A stretch of 64,000 bases of DNA from Alphaproteobacteria bacterium (GTDB taxonomy: Bacteria; Pseudomonadota; Alphaproteobacteria; UBA6615), in the NCBI GenBank assembly GCA_965267185.1, contig OZ253937.1:1889151-1953150 (forward strand), given 5' to 3'. The position numbers and the translations under genes were made by a program. Positions 55,667 through 64,000 of the stretch are shown here, in pieces. Every line of letters starts with the position of its first letter. Position 1 is the stretch's first letter. The notes below the pieces were generated by a model. That model made no database searches and was not told the origin of the DNA. It saw only the letters and a list, made by a program, of their open reading frames with translations.

Positions 55667-56554
55667 TTAGCCAACCGCTCGAAGGGGACGTAAGCTTGTG
55701 CGCGCGCTATCGAGGAACGACGCGAGGGCACTCGACAGATGGTCGTCGCGGCAGCGGATGAACAATGTGTCGGCCTCGGCTTCGCTTGCGGGAAGCTTGT
55801 GCAGCGCGACCCGGTCGCGGAAAGCAGCGGATTCGAGCACTCCTCTCGGCAACAACGTGATGCCCAACCCGGCGGCGACGCAGCTCACGATTGTCTCGAT
55901 CGTACCGAATTCGAGCTGCCGTAAACCGACGGTGCCTCGCCGCGTCAATATCTCCTCCAACCGCTGCCGATAGGAGCAGCCGGCCCGGAGAACGGCGATT
56001 TTGAGGTCGCCTTTGTCCGATAGCGTTTGGAGCGATTTCACCGTCGGCGCCGTCGCAACAACCAACTCCTCGCGAAAGACGATTTCTTGCTCCAACGCCT
56101 TGTGTTCAACTGGGCCACACACGAAAGCCCCTTCCAACTGGCGCGCCAGAACGGCGTCGATCAACTCGCGGGTCGTGCCGGTTTTCAATACCAAATCGAC
56201 GTCGGGATATTCAGCAACATAGGTTGCAAGAATCGGGGAGAGGCGCAGCGCCGCTGTCGTTTCGAGTGAGCCGATGGTCAGAAGCCCCTTCGGTTTGCCA
56301 TCGTCTTCGACAACGCGGCGCGCTTCATCGAGCAGATGGCCGGCTTGGCGGGCATACGGCAGCAGCCGCGCACCGGCGTCGGTCAAGGTGACACCGCGGC
56401 TATGCCGCTCAAAAAGACGGGCGCCCAACTCATTCTCAAGCGAGCGAATACGGCTGGTTACGTTCGATTGGACCGTGTTCAACTCCTCGGCGGCCCGGTT
56501 CATTCCACCCAAGCGCGCAACGGCCTCGAAAACCTTCAAAGCAGCAGTATCCAT
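55667..56554 (-). CDS. LysR-family transcriptional regulator
   Basis: N-terminal HTH (LKVFEAVARLGGMNRAAEELNTVQSNVTSRIRSLE) and a C-terminal LysR substrate-binding domain. Confidence 0.9.
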   Translation of the reverse strand: MDTAALKVFEAVARLGGMNRAAEELNTVQSNVTSRIRSLENELGARLFERHSRGVTLTDAGARLLPYARQAGHLLDEARRVVEDDGKPKGLLTIGSLETTAALRLSPILATYVAEYPDVDLVLKTGTTRELIDAVLARQLEGAFVCGPVEHKALEQEIVFREELVVATAPTVKSLQTLSDKGDLKIAVLRAGCSYRQRLEEILTRRGTVGLRQLEFGTIETIVSCVAAGLGITLLPRGVLESAAFRDRVALHKLPASEAEADTLFIRCRDDHLSSALASFLDSARTSLRPLRAVG

Positions 56555-56668
56555 TGTCGCGTCCTCAGCTACTGGCGGATGCGCGCATTCTATTCGTAAA
56601 ATTCGGCAGCGAGAACCTAACGCCCGATCACAGACTCGCTTTCGAAGATCGGTGTCTATCGCCCGTTT

Positions 56669-57247
56669 TCAGCGGCGCACGCTTCCATCCATTGCCGGGT
56701 CGGCGGCGATTTGCCGCGCCGCCGTCGCGATAAGCTCGGCGGGCCATGCTGCCTGGATCCGCTCCAGCAGTGTGTCGGCCTGCGGCACGCCGCGGCTCCG
56801 CGCTTTCATCAGCCAAATCAAACCGTCGATGCGCTCACTATCGCTTGACGCCGCATTGAGCCGGAGAACGCCTAGATTGTACTGCGCGGGGCCGTACCCC
56901 TTTTGAGCGGCGCGTTCGTACCATTGCGCAGCTGCCTGTGGATCGGCTTCCCGGCCCTGCCCTCTATCGAGCAAGGTTGCCAGCTTAAACTGTGCTTCTA
57001 CATTTCCTTGAGCGGCAGCCTTTTCGTACCAGTCGGCCGCGGCGGAAAGATCCCGCGCAACATCGGTACCTGTTTCATATTTGAGGCCGAGCAAGAACTG
57101 CGCCCCAGCATCACCGGCTTCCGCCCTATCGAAGTACCATCGCAATGCTTCGCCATAAGTGCCGCGGGACAGGTGTTCGCTGGCATGAGAAGTCACCGGC
57201 ACGAGAAGTGCACTCAAATACAAAGCAAACGCAATTGTCCTGGCCAA
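56669..57247 (-). CDS. Secreted Sel1-repeat protein
   Basis: Signal peptide and three Sel1-like repeats (GDAGAQFLLGLKYETG..., GNVEAQFKLATLLDRG..., GYGPAQYNLGVL...). Confidence 0.75.
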   Translation of the reverse strand: MARTIAFALYLSALLVPVTSHASEHLSRGTYGEALRWYFDRAEAGDAGAQFLLGLKYETGTDVARDLSAAADWYEKAAAQGNVEAQFKLATLLDRGQGREADPQAAAQWYERAAQKGYGPAQYNLGVLRLNAASSDSERIDGLIWLMKARSRGVPQADTLLERIQAAWPAELIATAARQIAADPAMDGSVRR

Positions 57248-57340
57248 GACGCTTCGCCCCCGGTGTCCGGCATAAGAATGACGGATTGCTGCGATTCACG
57301 CGACTACACGCCATAAAATTGTAACAGATTCAAGCCGAGG

Positions 57341-57643
57341 CTAAGGCTTTGCCAACCGCCGTCTCGGTTCCGGTCCTTCGAACCCGACGAGACGCTCTTC
57401 GCCGCCTTCGAGCGGTTCATCGAAACAATCGCCGACGCCGATGGTCTCGTAACAATAGATGGGTTCGGGGGTTCTACGCACCGGCTCGGCCTCTTGCAGG
57501 TCGCCAAACAACCAACCGCTGGACAAAACCTTCTCGAGCGACGGCGCTTTGTCAGCCAGGGGATTTTCGCAGGCGCTCAACGCAAAACAGGCACCGAGCA
57601 AGATCGCGCCACGGCGAACCGGAACTGTCGGAAGGAGACGCAT
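57341..57643 (-). CDS. Small lipoprotein (hypothetical)
   Basis: Lipobox LSAC after a positively charged n-region; 100 aa. Confidence 0.5.
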   Translation of the reverse strand: MRLLPTVPVRRGAILLGACFALSACENPLADKAPSLEKVLSSGWLFGDLQEAEPVRRTPEPIYCYETIGVGDCFDEPLEGGEERLVGFEGPEPRRRLAKP

Positions 57644-57704
57644 AGTACTCAGAAGTATATCAGAGCACGGTTAACGTCTTGTTAGTAAATTGAAAAAAAT
57701 CCGG

Positions 57705-58700
57705 CTACGCGTTCACATCGATAACAGTCCGGCCACGCACCTGCCCACGGAGAATTTCGCTAGCCAATTGTGGAATATCGGCCAGCGGACGCACCGTCGT
57801 GATCGCGTCCAGCTTATCGAGCGGTAGATCGTCCACGAGGCGCTGCCAAATTCGCTGACGGTTTTCTGCCGGCTGCATAACAGAATCAATGCCGAGCAGA
57901 TTCACACCCCGCAACAGGAAGGGGAGAACCGTCGTATTCAGATCGTTGCCGCCCGCCAGCCCACACGCCGCGACCGACGCACCATATTTCATTTGCGTAA
58001 GTACAGTCGCCAGCGTGGTGCCGGCAACGGAATCGACACAACCCGCCCAGCGCTCTTTTTCAAGCGGCCTCGGTTCGGCAGCGGACAACTCATCGCGGTC
58101 GATAATTTCGGCGGCTCCCAGGTCGCGCAGGTAGGCATCGAGTTCGCGGCGTCCCGTAGACGCCACCACCGAATAACCGCGCGCCGCTAAAATAGCGGTC
58201 GCCGTGCTCCCGACACCGCCCCCCGCACCGGTAACCAACACGTCGCCGTCGTCCGTGGCGAGCCCCGCTTGTTCCAGCGCATCGACGCAGAGCATAGCAG
58301 TAAACCCCGCGGTGCCGACCGCCATCGCTTGAAGCGTGGATATTCCGTCGGGCAATGGCACCAACCAACCGGCTTGCACCCGTGCCCGTTGCGCGAAGCC
58401 GCCCCAGTGGGTTTCGCCGACGCGCCACCCGGTCAACACAACCTTATCGCCCGCCTTGTAGTCGGCACTGTCGGAGTCCTTCACCGTGCCGGAAAAATCG
58501 ATTCCCGGAACATGGGGAAACGAACGAACGAGACGACCTTTATTGCCGTCAACGATCAGGCCGTCCTTGTAGTTGACGGTGGAGTACTCCACCGCAACGG
58601 TGACATCTCCTTCCGGCAAATCGTTTTCCGACAGCGATTTGAACTCTGCCGTGAAATCGTCGCCGTCGTTGAGGACCAGCGCTGTGAAGTCGTTCGCCAT
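57705..58700 (-). CDS. acuI: YhdH/AcuI-family NADPH-dependent acrylyl-CoA reductase (MDR superfamily)
   Basis: As recalled from memory, it matches E. coli YhdH along the whole length (VTVAVEYSTVNYKDGL..., TGWRVGETHWGGFAQRARV..., GTAGFTAMLCV..., VLVTGAGGGVGSTA...). Confidence 0.8.
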   Translation of the reverse strand: MANDFTALVLNDGDDFTAEFKSLSENDLPEGDVTVAVEYSTVNYKDGLIVDGNKGRLVRSFPHVPGIDFSGTVKDSDSADYKAGDKVVLTGWRVGETHWGGFAQRARVQAGWLVPLPDGISTLQAMAVGTAGFTAMLCVDALEQAGLATDDGDVLVTGAGGGVGSTATAILAARGYSVVASTGRRELDAYLRDLGAAEIIDRDELSAAEPRPLEKERWAGCVDSVAGTTLATVLTQMKYGASVAACGLAGGNDLNTTVLPFLLRGVNLLGIDSVMQPAENRQRIWQRLVDDLPLDKLDAITTVRPLADIPQLASEILRGQVRGRTVIDVNA

Positions 58701-58911
58701 GATTTGTTGGATCCCTGATTTCTGGAGCGGTATCGCCAGCTTTTTTTGTACGCCAACCCGGCGCTTCTATTTGCTTCGATTCTAGTAAACGCCGTAGCTT
58801 GTAAGTTATCACAGTCCGGCCGGTCAAACCCGAGCAGCGGCATTAGAGGTTTCCTTTGTGCCCCATCATTCGATAGGGTTCGGCCTGGTTTTAGAACTTG
58901 GGGGAAAAGCC

Positions 58912-59433
58912 ATGAAGCTTGGCGCATTTATCATATCGTTTCTATCGGCGGTCGCACTTTCAGCCATTCTAGTAGCGCCACCGGCATCGGCCGACGATCC
59001 AAGCTTCTTAAGCGTCGGGCTAGGCTATTACGACTTCGATGACAACGAACAGGCCGCTGACTTCCGTTTCGAATACCGGCCCGGCGTAAAATATCTCGGC
59101 TTTGTGAAACCCTGGTTGGGCGTCGAGCTGACCTCGGATATCGCCGCATACGGCGCCGTCGGCATTCTCACGGATATTTTCTTTGGCCGCCGGGTTGTTG
59201 TGACGCCGAGCTTCGGTGCCGGTGTCTACTCCGACGGCGACGGTAAAGACCTCGGCAGCGCCATCGAATTTCGCTCACAGTTAGAGATCGGATATCGTTT
59301 CGACGACCGGTCACGGCTAACTGCCGCGATCAGCCACATATCCAATGCCGATCTCGACGACCAAAACCCCGGCGCCAATATTCTGTCGGTCTACTATCAC
59401 TTCCCGCTGAGCCGTCTTACCGGCGGAGAATAA
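58912..59433 (+). CDS. PagL-like lipid A 3-O-deacylase / outer-membrane acyloxyacyl hydrolase
   Basis: Signal peptide and a beta-barrel-type alternating pattern. The C-terminal AISHISNA region carries the PagL His/Ser catalytic pair. The start is placed at the internal Met, which has a GGGG SD. Confidence 0.6.
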   Translation: MKLGAFIISFLSAVALSAILVAPPASADDPSFLSVGLGYYDFDDNEQAADFRFEYRPGVKYLGFVKPWLGVELTSDIAAYGAVGILTDIFFGRRVVVTPSFGAGVYSDGDGKDLGSAIEFRSQLEIGYRFDDRSRLTAAISHISNADLDDQNPGANILSVYYHFPLSRLTGGE

Positions 59434-59466
59434 AAAAAACGCCCCTTGCGGGGCGTTTTCTTTGGA
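59434..59466. terminator. Bidirectional rho-independent terminator between convergent pagL-like and thiolase genes
   Basis: AAAAAAA-cgcccc-ttgc-ggggcg-TTTTCTTT has a stem flanked by A-run and T-run. Confidence 0.7.
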
Positions 59467-59488
59467 TATGTCTCTCCGGTAGGAGGCG

Positions 59489-60649
59489 CTAACGCAAGCG
59501 CTCGAGGACCGACACGTAGTTCGAGACCGCCGAACCGCCCATATTGAAAACGCCGGCGAGCTTGGGATCGGGAAGCTGCATATCGCCCGCGGCACCCGTG
59601 AGCTGCATCGAGGCAATAATGTGCATCGAAACGCCGGTTGCACCGAGAGGATGTCCTTTCGACTTGAGCCCGCCCGAACGGTTGATCGGCAGCTTGCCGT
59701 CGGCAGCGGTCCAGCCTTCTTTGATCGCCTTTTCACCCTCACCACGCGGCGTGAGACCCATGGCCTCATAGGTGAGCATCTCCGCACTGGTAAAGCAGTC
59801 ATGGACTTCAGCAAACCCGAGGTCTTCCAGGGTAATCCCAGCTTCGGCGAATGCCTGACCCCACGCCTGCGCGGGTCCCTCGAAGTCGATCACATTGCGG
59901 CGGGACATCGGCATGAAATCCTGCACATGCTGCGCTGCCCGGAAATACACCGCCTTATCCATCTTCAGCGCCGTATCGACATCGGCGAGGACTAAAGCCG
60001 CCGCACCGTCAGAAACCAATGAACAATCGGTGCGCTTGAGCGGGCCGGCAACGACCGGGTTTTTGTCGGAGGCGTTGCGGCAGAAATCGTAGCCGAGATC
60101 TTTCTGCATCTGCGCGTATGGATTATCGCAGCCATTCTTGTGGTTCTTTGCCGCGATCATTGCCAGCGCATCAGACTTGTCGCCATAAGCCTGGAAATAG
60201 CGGTCGGTAATCTGACCGAAGATCTCGGCAAAGCTCGATGCCGATTCCTCGCGCAGGTAGGACGCCTTGGAGAGGATACCGCCGAGGACCTCACCGCTGA
60301 CCTCGGTCATTTTCTCTACGCCGACAACCAGTACGACGCGCGCCTTTTTGGCCGCGATATGATTTAGGCCTTGATAGAGCGCCGCCGAGCCGGTGGCGCA
60401 GGCATTTTCGACATGGGTCGCCGGCTTGAACCGAAGATCGTCCGAAGCCTGCAACACCAACGAAGCGGGAAACTCTTGACTCACAAAACCACCACCGAAC
60501 GTGCCGAGATAAATTGCATCGATGTCCTTCGGCTCAACACCGGAGTCCTGGAGCGCACCGGTCGCGACCTGGACGATCATGTCCTCGATGTCTTCGCCCT
60601 CGTGCTTTCCGAATTTCAGATGGTCCCAACCGACGATACACGCTGTCAT
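59489..60649 (-). CDS. Thiolase-fold lipid-transfer protein / SCP-x-type acetyl-CoA C-acyltransferase
   Basis: Active-site NACATGSAA and a C-terminal GHPLGATG; 386 aa. Confidence 0.75.
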   Translation of the reverse strand: MTACIVGWDHLKFGKHEGEDIEDMIVQVATGALQDSGVEPKDIDAIYLGTFGGGFVSQEFPASLVLQASDDLRFKPATHVENACATGSAALYQGLNHIAAKKARVVLVVGVEKMTEVSGEVLGGILSKASYLREESASSFAEIFGQITDRYFQAYGDKSDALAMIAAKNHKNGCDNPYAQMQKDLGYDFCRNASDKNPVVAGPLKRTDCSLVSDGAAALVLADVDTALKMDKAVYFRAAQHVQDFMPMSRRNVIDFEGPAQAWGQAFAEAGITLEDLGFAEVHDCFTSAEMLTYEAMGLTPRGEGEKAIKEGWTAADGKLPINRSGGLKSKGHPLGATGVSMHIIASMQLTGAAGDMQLPDPKLAGVFNMGGSAVSNYVSVLERLR

Positions 60650-60781
60650 CTCGTATCTCCTTGTGACGGAGCCGGCGATCTACGTCCCGGCTCCGTTGAA
60701 TTCTTGAAGGCCGTATATACCGGCCCACGACCGAGGCTAGTACCGTTTGAGCACTAACCCGCGACGGTCTCAGGTATTTAA

Positions 60782-62560
60782 CTAAGCTGCCCGGCGGGCA
60801 TCGTCCAGAACATCGAGGACATTGCCGCCGACACCGGAATTTCCAACGATATGGTGATTATGCCATAGCGCATAAAATAGCAGCAACCAGACAGCAAATC
60901 CCTGCCTTTTGCCGCGGCGAAGATAGAGATTTTCGACCTTCTTGGGGTCGCAAATCTCCATGATTCCGGGCTGCCGGGCCACCAGGGGCCCAATTTCCGC
61001 CCCTCGCGCGAAAATCCATTCCGCCACCGGCACCGAAAAGCCGCGTTTTCGCTCGAACGCGCCCGAAATCGGCAGCCGGTTGTCCAGCCACCGCCGCAGC
61101 AGCCATTTACCGAGACCGTCCTTGACCTTCATTTGATCCGACAGGCGAAACGCTACTGCGGCGACGCGGGGATCGAGATAGGGCGTGCGGCCTTCAACGC
61201 CATGCGCCATCAGGCACCGGTCTACCTTAGTCAACAGGTCGTTGGGCAACCAGTCGGCGCAATCGGCTGCTTGGGCGATCTGCAGCCGCGTGAGCGAGCC
61301 GGTGTTGAGCATTTCTTCCGCCGCCGAAATACCGTCGCGCCAACCTTCGGGAATCTTACGCAACACATCCAGCCCGTCGAGCATCCCCCGCGCGCGCATA
61401 TTGCGTCCGCCCTGCCACCATGGCCGGACAACGCTTCTGTAACGGCCATAACCGGCGAAGAGTTCGTCGCCACCTTCTCCAGTTAACACCACTTTCAAGC
61501 CGCTTTCGCTAACCGCTTCGCCAAGAAGATAGGTCGGCAAGACAGCATAGTCGGCAGCGGGGTCGTCGACGGCAGCGGCGATTTCCGGCAGCCGCTGCCA
61601 TAAATCATCCTGGGTAATACCCACATCGACCGTTTCCGCCCCTATCGCATCGGCAAGCCGCATCGCGTGCTCGCGCTCGTCGGGAACCGACGGGTCGTCG
61701 AACCCAGCGGTGAAGGTTCGCACCGGTTGATCGTTCAACTCCGACATCAACGCCAGCAGTACCGAGCTATCGACCCCGCCGGAGAGAAACATACCGTACG
61801 GGACGTCGGCGCGCTGATGGACTTCAACGCTATCGAGCAGAGCCTCATCCAACAATTCCATAGCCGTGTCGGTATCCCAGTCGGCCGGCTCGCTCTGCGG
61901 CAACGCCTGCTTGCGGCGGCGCGCCACGATGCGCCCGTCGCGTACCACCAGGGTCTCGCCCGGTAGAACACGCTGGATGTTGGCGAAAACGGTATCGGCG
62001 CCAGTGGTGTATTGCAGCTGTAAGAGTTCCGCGCGAGCTGTCGGATTCACCTCCCGTTCAACCAAGCCTGCTTCCAACAAGGCTTGAGGCTCGGATGCAA
62101 AACAGAACCCGGCCTCGGTCTCGGCGTAGTAAAGCGGCTTAATTCCGAACGGATCGCGCGCCAGCACCAACTGGCCCTCGACCGGATCGTAGAGCGCAAT
62201 CGCGTACATACCCCGCAGATAATCGACAAAGTCGAGACCATGGCGGCGGTACAGATGAAGCGGCGCCTCGCAATCGGAGCCGGTTGCGAAATCTATGCCG
62301 CTAAGGTCGGTGCGCAATTCGACATAGTTATAGATCTCTGCGTTCGCGATCAGCGCAGCACCGCCGGGCTCGTAGAGCGGCTGGTCACCGGTTTCCAAAT
62401 CGATAATCGCTAGCCGCGTTTGCGCCATCGCAAAATTGCGCGCGCTATAGCGGCCCTCACCATCGGGTCCGCGGTGACGAATCGCGGCGGCGAGCCCTCC
62501 GACCCTATTGTCGTCGGGAGCGCTTCCGTCCCGCGTCATCAAACCGACTATGCCGCACAT
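60782..62560 (-). CDS. Asparagine synthetase (glutamine-hydrolysing) family amidotransferase, second paralog
   Basis: MCGIVGL... class II GATase domain and PP-loop SGGVDSS; 592 aa. It is followed, overlapping by 13 nt, by a GT4 gene. Confidence 0.85.
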   Translation of the reverse strand: MCGIVGLMTRDGSAPDDNRVGGLAAAIRHRGPDGEGRYSARNFAMAQTRLAIIDLETGDQPLYEPGGAALIANAEIYNYVELRTDLSGIDFATGSDCEAPLHLYRRHGLDFVDYLRGMYAIALYDPVEGQLVLARDPFGIKPLYYAETEAGFCFASEPQALLEAGLVEREVNPTARAELLQLQYTTGADTVFANIQRVLPGETLVVRDGRIVARRRKQALPQSEPADWDTDTAMELLDEALLDSVEVHQRADVPYGMFLSGGVDSSVLLALMSELNDQPVRTFTAGFDDPSVPDEREHAMRLADAIGAETVDVGITQDDLWQRLPEIAAAVDDPAADYAVLPTYLLGEAVSESGLKVVLTGEGGDELFAGYGRYRSVVRPWWQGGRNMRARGMLDGLDVLRKIPEGWRDGISAAEEMLNTGSLTRLQIAQAADCADWLPNDLLTKVDRCLMAHGVEGRTPYLDPRVAAVAFRLSDQMKVKDGLGKWLLRRWLDNRLPISGAFERKRGFSVPVAEWIFARGAEIGPLVARQPGIMEICDPKKVENLYLRRGKRQGFAVWLLLFYALWHNHHIVGNSGVGGNVLDVLDDARRAA

Positions 62561-63603
62561 TCTTGCCGTGCCCTTTCGAAGAAGGCCAGATACTGCGCCG
62601 TGACAGCGTCTACCGTGAATTCCCGTTCGTATGCGGCGCGCCCGGCCGCCGCAAGGCTCGAGGCCTTTTCCGGGTTCGCCAGCAACTCGACAATTGCCGC
62701 CGCCAGCTCGGCAGGCTGGTCCACCGGCACCAACACCCCGCGCTCACCGTTCCCGCGCTGGCTATTGCCGAGTAATTCGGCAGGTCCGGCGGCCGCCGTT
62801 GCAATGATCGGTTTTTCCGCCGCCCAGGCCTCCAACACTACATTACCCAGGGGTTCGTGGCGCGAGGGGCAGATAAACAAATCTGCCGCGCGCATCACCG
62901 CATCGGAGTCGTCGCGCCATCCGAGAAAACGAACCCGGTCGGCGATTCCGAGATCGCGGGCCAGCGTTTTCAGAGCCCCTCCCTCTGGGCCCTCGCCAGC
63001 AATCCAGAGCCAGGCATTCGGCACGTCGGGCATAGCTCGTAGCAAGGTGTCGAACGCTTTGTTTTTGTGCAGTCTCCCCATCGCTAGAAGCAGCGGGGCA
63101 TCCAAGGGCGTATCCAACCCGACCCGGGACAGTGGCGGATTGCTCGGCGGGTGAACAAAATTCGGCAAACACACAGCGCGCTCGGCACTAAAACCTTCGC
63201 TTACTACATAGTCGACGATATCCGCCGTATTGCCGATGAGATAATCGCAGTGCCGATAGTATTTGAGGTCGTAGTATCCCCCGAGACGGCCGACGAGAAC
63301 GTAACTACCCGGTGCTGCCGGGGTCGCCCAAGCGGCCCGGCTCATCCAGCTCAAAACGATATCCGGACGGAAGCGCGCAATCTCGCGTTGCAGTGCCGGC
63401 CGCGTACGGAAATCCATACGGCCGCCGAAGGGAAGCTCTATCGGCGAGATACCGCCTTCGCGCAGAGCGCGAGCGCGCGATGGATCGCGCCGAATGACCA
63501 ATTGCTGAGCGATATCGAAGGATTGCAACGCGATCGCCAGCCGAACGAAGAACGCCTCGGCGCCGCCAACTTCCGCGCCCGCCATGGTCTGCATAAGACG
63601 CAC
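62548..63603 (-). CDS. Glycosyltransferase family 4
   Basis: EX7E-type motif (EPLGNVVLEAWAAEKP) in a GT-B fold; 351 aa. Confidence 0.8.
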   Translation of the reverse strand: MRLMQTMAGAEVGGAEAFFVRLAIALQSFDIAQQLVIRRDPSRARALREGGISPIELPFGGRMDFRTRPALQREIARFRPDIVLSWMSRAAWATPAAPGSYVLVGRLGGYYDLKYYRHCDYLIGNTADIVDYVVSEGFSAERAVCLPNFVHPPSNPPLSRVGLDTPLDAPLLLAMGRLHKNKAFDTLLRAMPDVPNAWLWIAGEGPEGGALKTLARDLGIADRVRFLGWRDDSDAVMRAADLFICPSRHEPLGNVVLEAWAAEKPIIATAAAGPAELLGNSQRGNGERGVLVPVDQPAELAAAIVELLANPEKASSLAAAGRAAYEREFTVDAVTAQYLAFFERARQECAA

Positions 63604-63606
63604 GAG

Positions 63607-64000
63607 CTAATCGTCCTCGTACCGGGCTTTGAGGTAGCTGAGTATTGGATACAAGCCAGCCATCAAAGCGATTAAGAATCCGTATGCGCCTTCCCGATAC
63701 CCCCTGCGGGAAACGTAGCATTTCCAAAATCGCGAAAATATCCGGCGCACGTTTCCCCCGAACGTGCCTATGTCGCCAGCCGCGCGCAAGTCCATAGCAC
63801 GGGCCGACGTGTAACGGTCTAATCGCTGCAGCATATCCGAGATGTTGCGGTCAACGTAATGCGCCATCGGTTCCCGCAGCACGCCCGCCTGCCCCTTCAA
63901 GACCAGCGCGGGGTGAATGCGCTGATCGCCCCAGATTTTTGCCGGCCCCCCGGGGCCTTTTGCAAATAGTCGCACGGTTGCACTCACACCCCAGGCCGCG
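63607..64000 (-). CDS. Glycosyltransferase family 2 (LPS-core-type), C-terminal part only; the gene continues beyond the window end
   Basis: The C-terminal region resembles KdtX/WaaE-like GT2 tails. No GT2 catalytic DxD region is seen in-window, so the N-terminus must lie upstream of 64000. Confidence 0.4.
   Translation of the reverse strand, partial: AAWGVSATVRLFAKGPGGPAKIWGDQRIHPALVLKGQAGVLREPMAHYVDRNISDMLQRLDRYTSARAMDLRAAGDIGTFGGNVRRIFSRFWKCYVSRRGYREGAYGFLIALMAGLYPILSYLKARYEDD

Overview
This window is a high-GC (~60%) alphaproteobacterial chromosomal segment. I cannot assign a genus from sequence alone.

The first ~14.5 kb is the conserved translation/transcription core on the minus strand: rpoC (3' end off-window), rpoB, rplL, rplJ, rplA, rplK, nusG, secE, tRNA-Trp, tuf, tRNA-Gly, tRNA-Tyr. 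Divergent from these are rlmB and a tRNA-Thr on the plus strand.

Downstream are:
- a TAXI-type TRAP transporter pair;
- a membrane-anchored coiled-coil/Sel1 protein next to a secreted SNase-like nuclease;
- several small-molecule enzymes (VOC, M23 peptidase, RidA, NAD-dependent epimerase/dehydratase, M24 peptidase);
- an ~8.6 kb minus-strand Wzx/Wzy-type polysaccharide operon (25.7-34.0 kb) that carries a sulfotransferase-family gene, an AsnB-type amidotransferase and a fused double-GT4 glycosyltransferase;
- a BadH/BadI-like SDR + MenB-family crotonase pair;
- two c-type cytochromes;
- mtnA.

The most coherent unit I found is a sulfur module at 39.3-47.4 kb:
- tusA, divergent from an ArsR-family regulator with a Cys30/Cys96 pair spaced as in the persulfide sensors SqrR/BigR;
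- then a rhodanese, a TauE/SafE sulfite exporter, a TIGR02186-like protein and a universal stress protein (UspA);
- then a three-gene Tat-signal-less molybdopterin oxidoreductase (catalytic subunit, 4x[4Fe-4S] subunit, DmsC/NrfD membrane anchor) that matches the cytoplasm-facing sulfite dehydrogenase SoeABC architecture.

The rest of the window holds:
- an orphan MlaF-like ABC ATPase, mmsA and a flavin reductase;
- a striking low-GC (~35%) 0.65 kb islet with palindromes, direct repeats, a strong SD, a small two-TM protein with foreign codon usage and a clean terminator;
- an alpha/beta hydrolase, fatty-acid-CoA ligase (FadD), GNAT, MFS, LysR, Sel1, a lipoprotein, acuI, PagL and a thiolase;
- a second AsnB + GT4 + partial GT2 polysaccharide/LPS locus running off the window end.

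I found no CRISPR array, rRNA, transposase or integrase.

Many six-frame ORFs antisense to the real genes are high-GC artefacts and were rejected.
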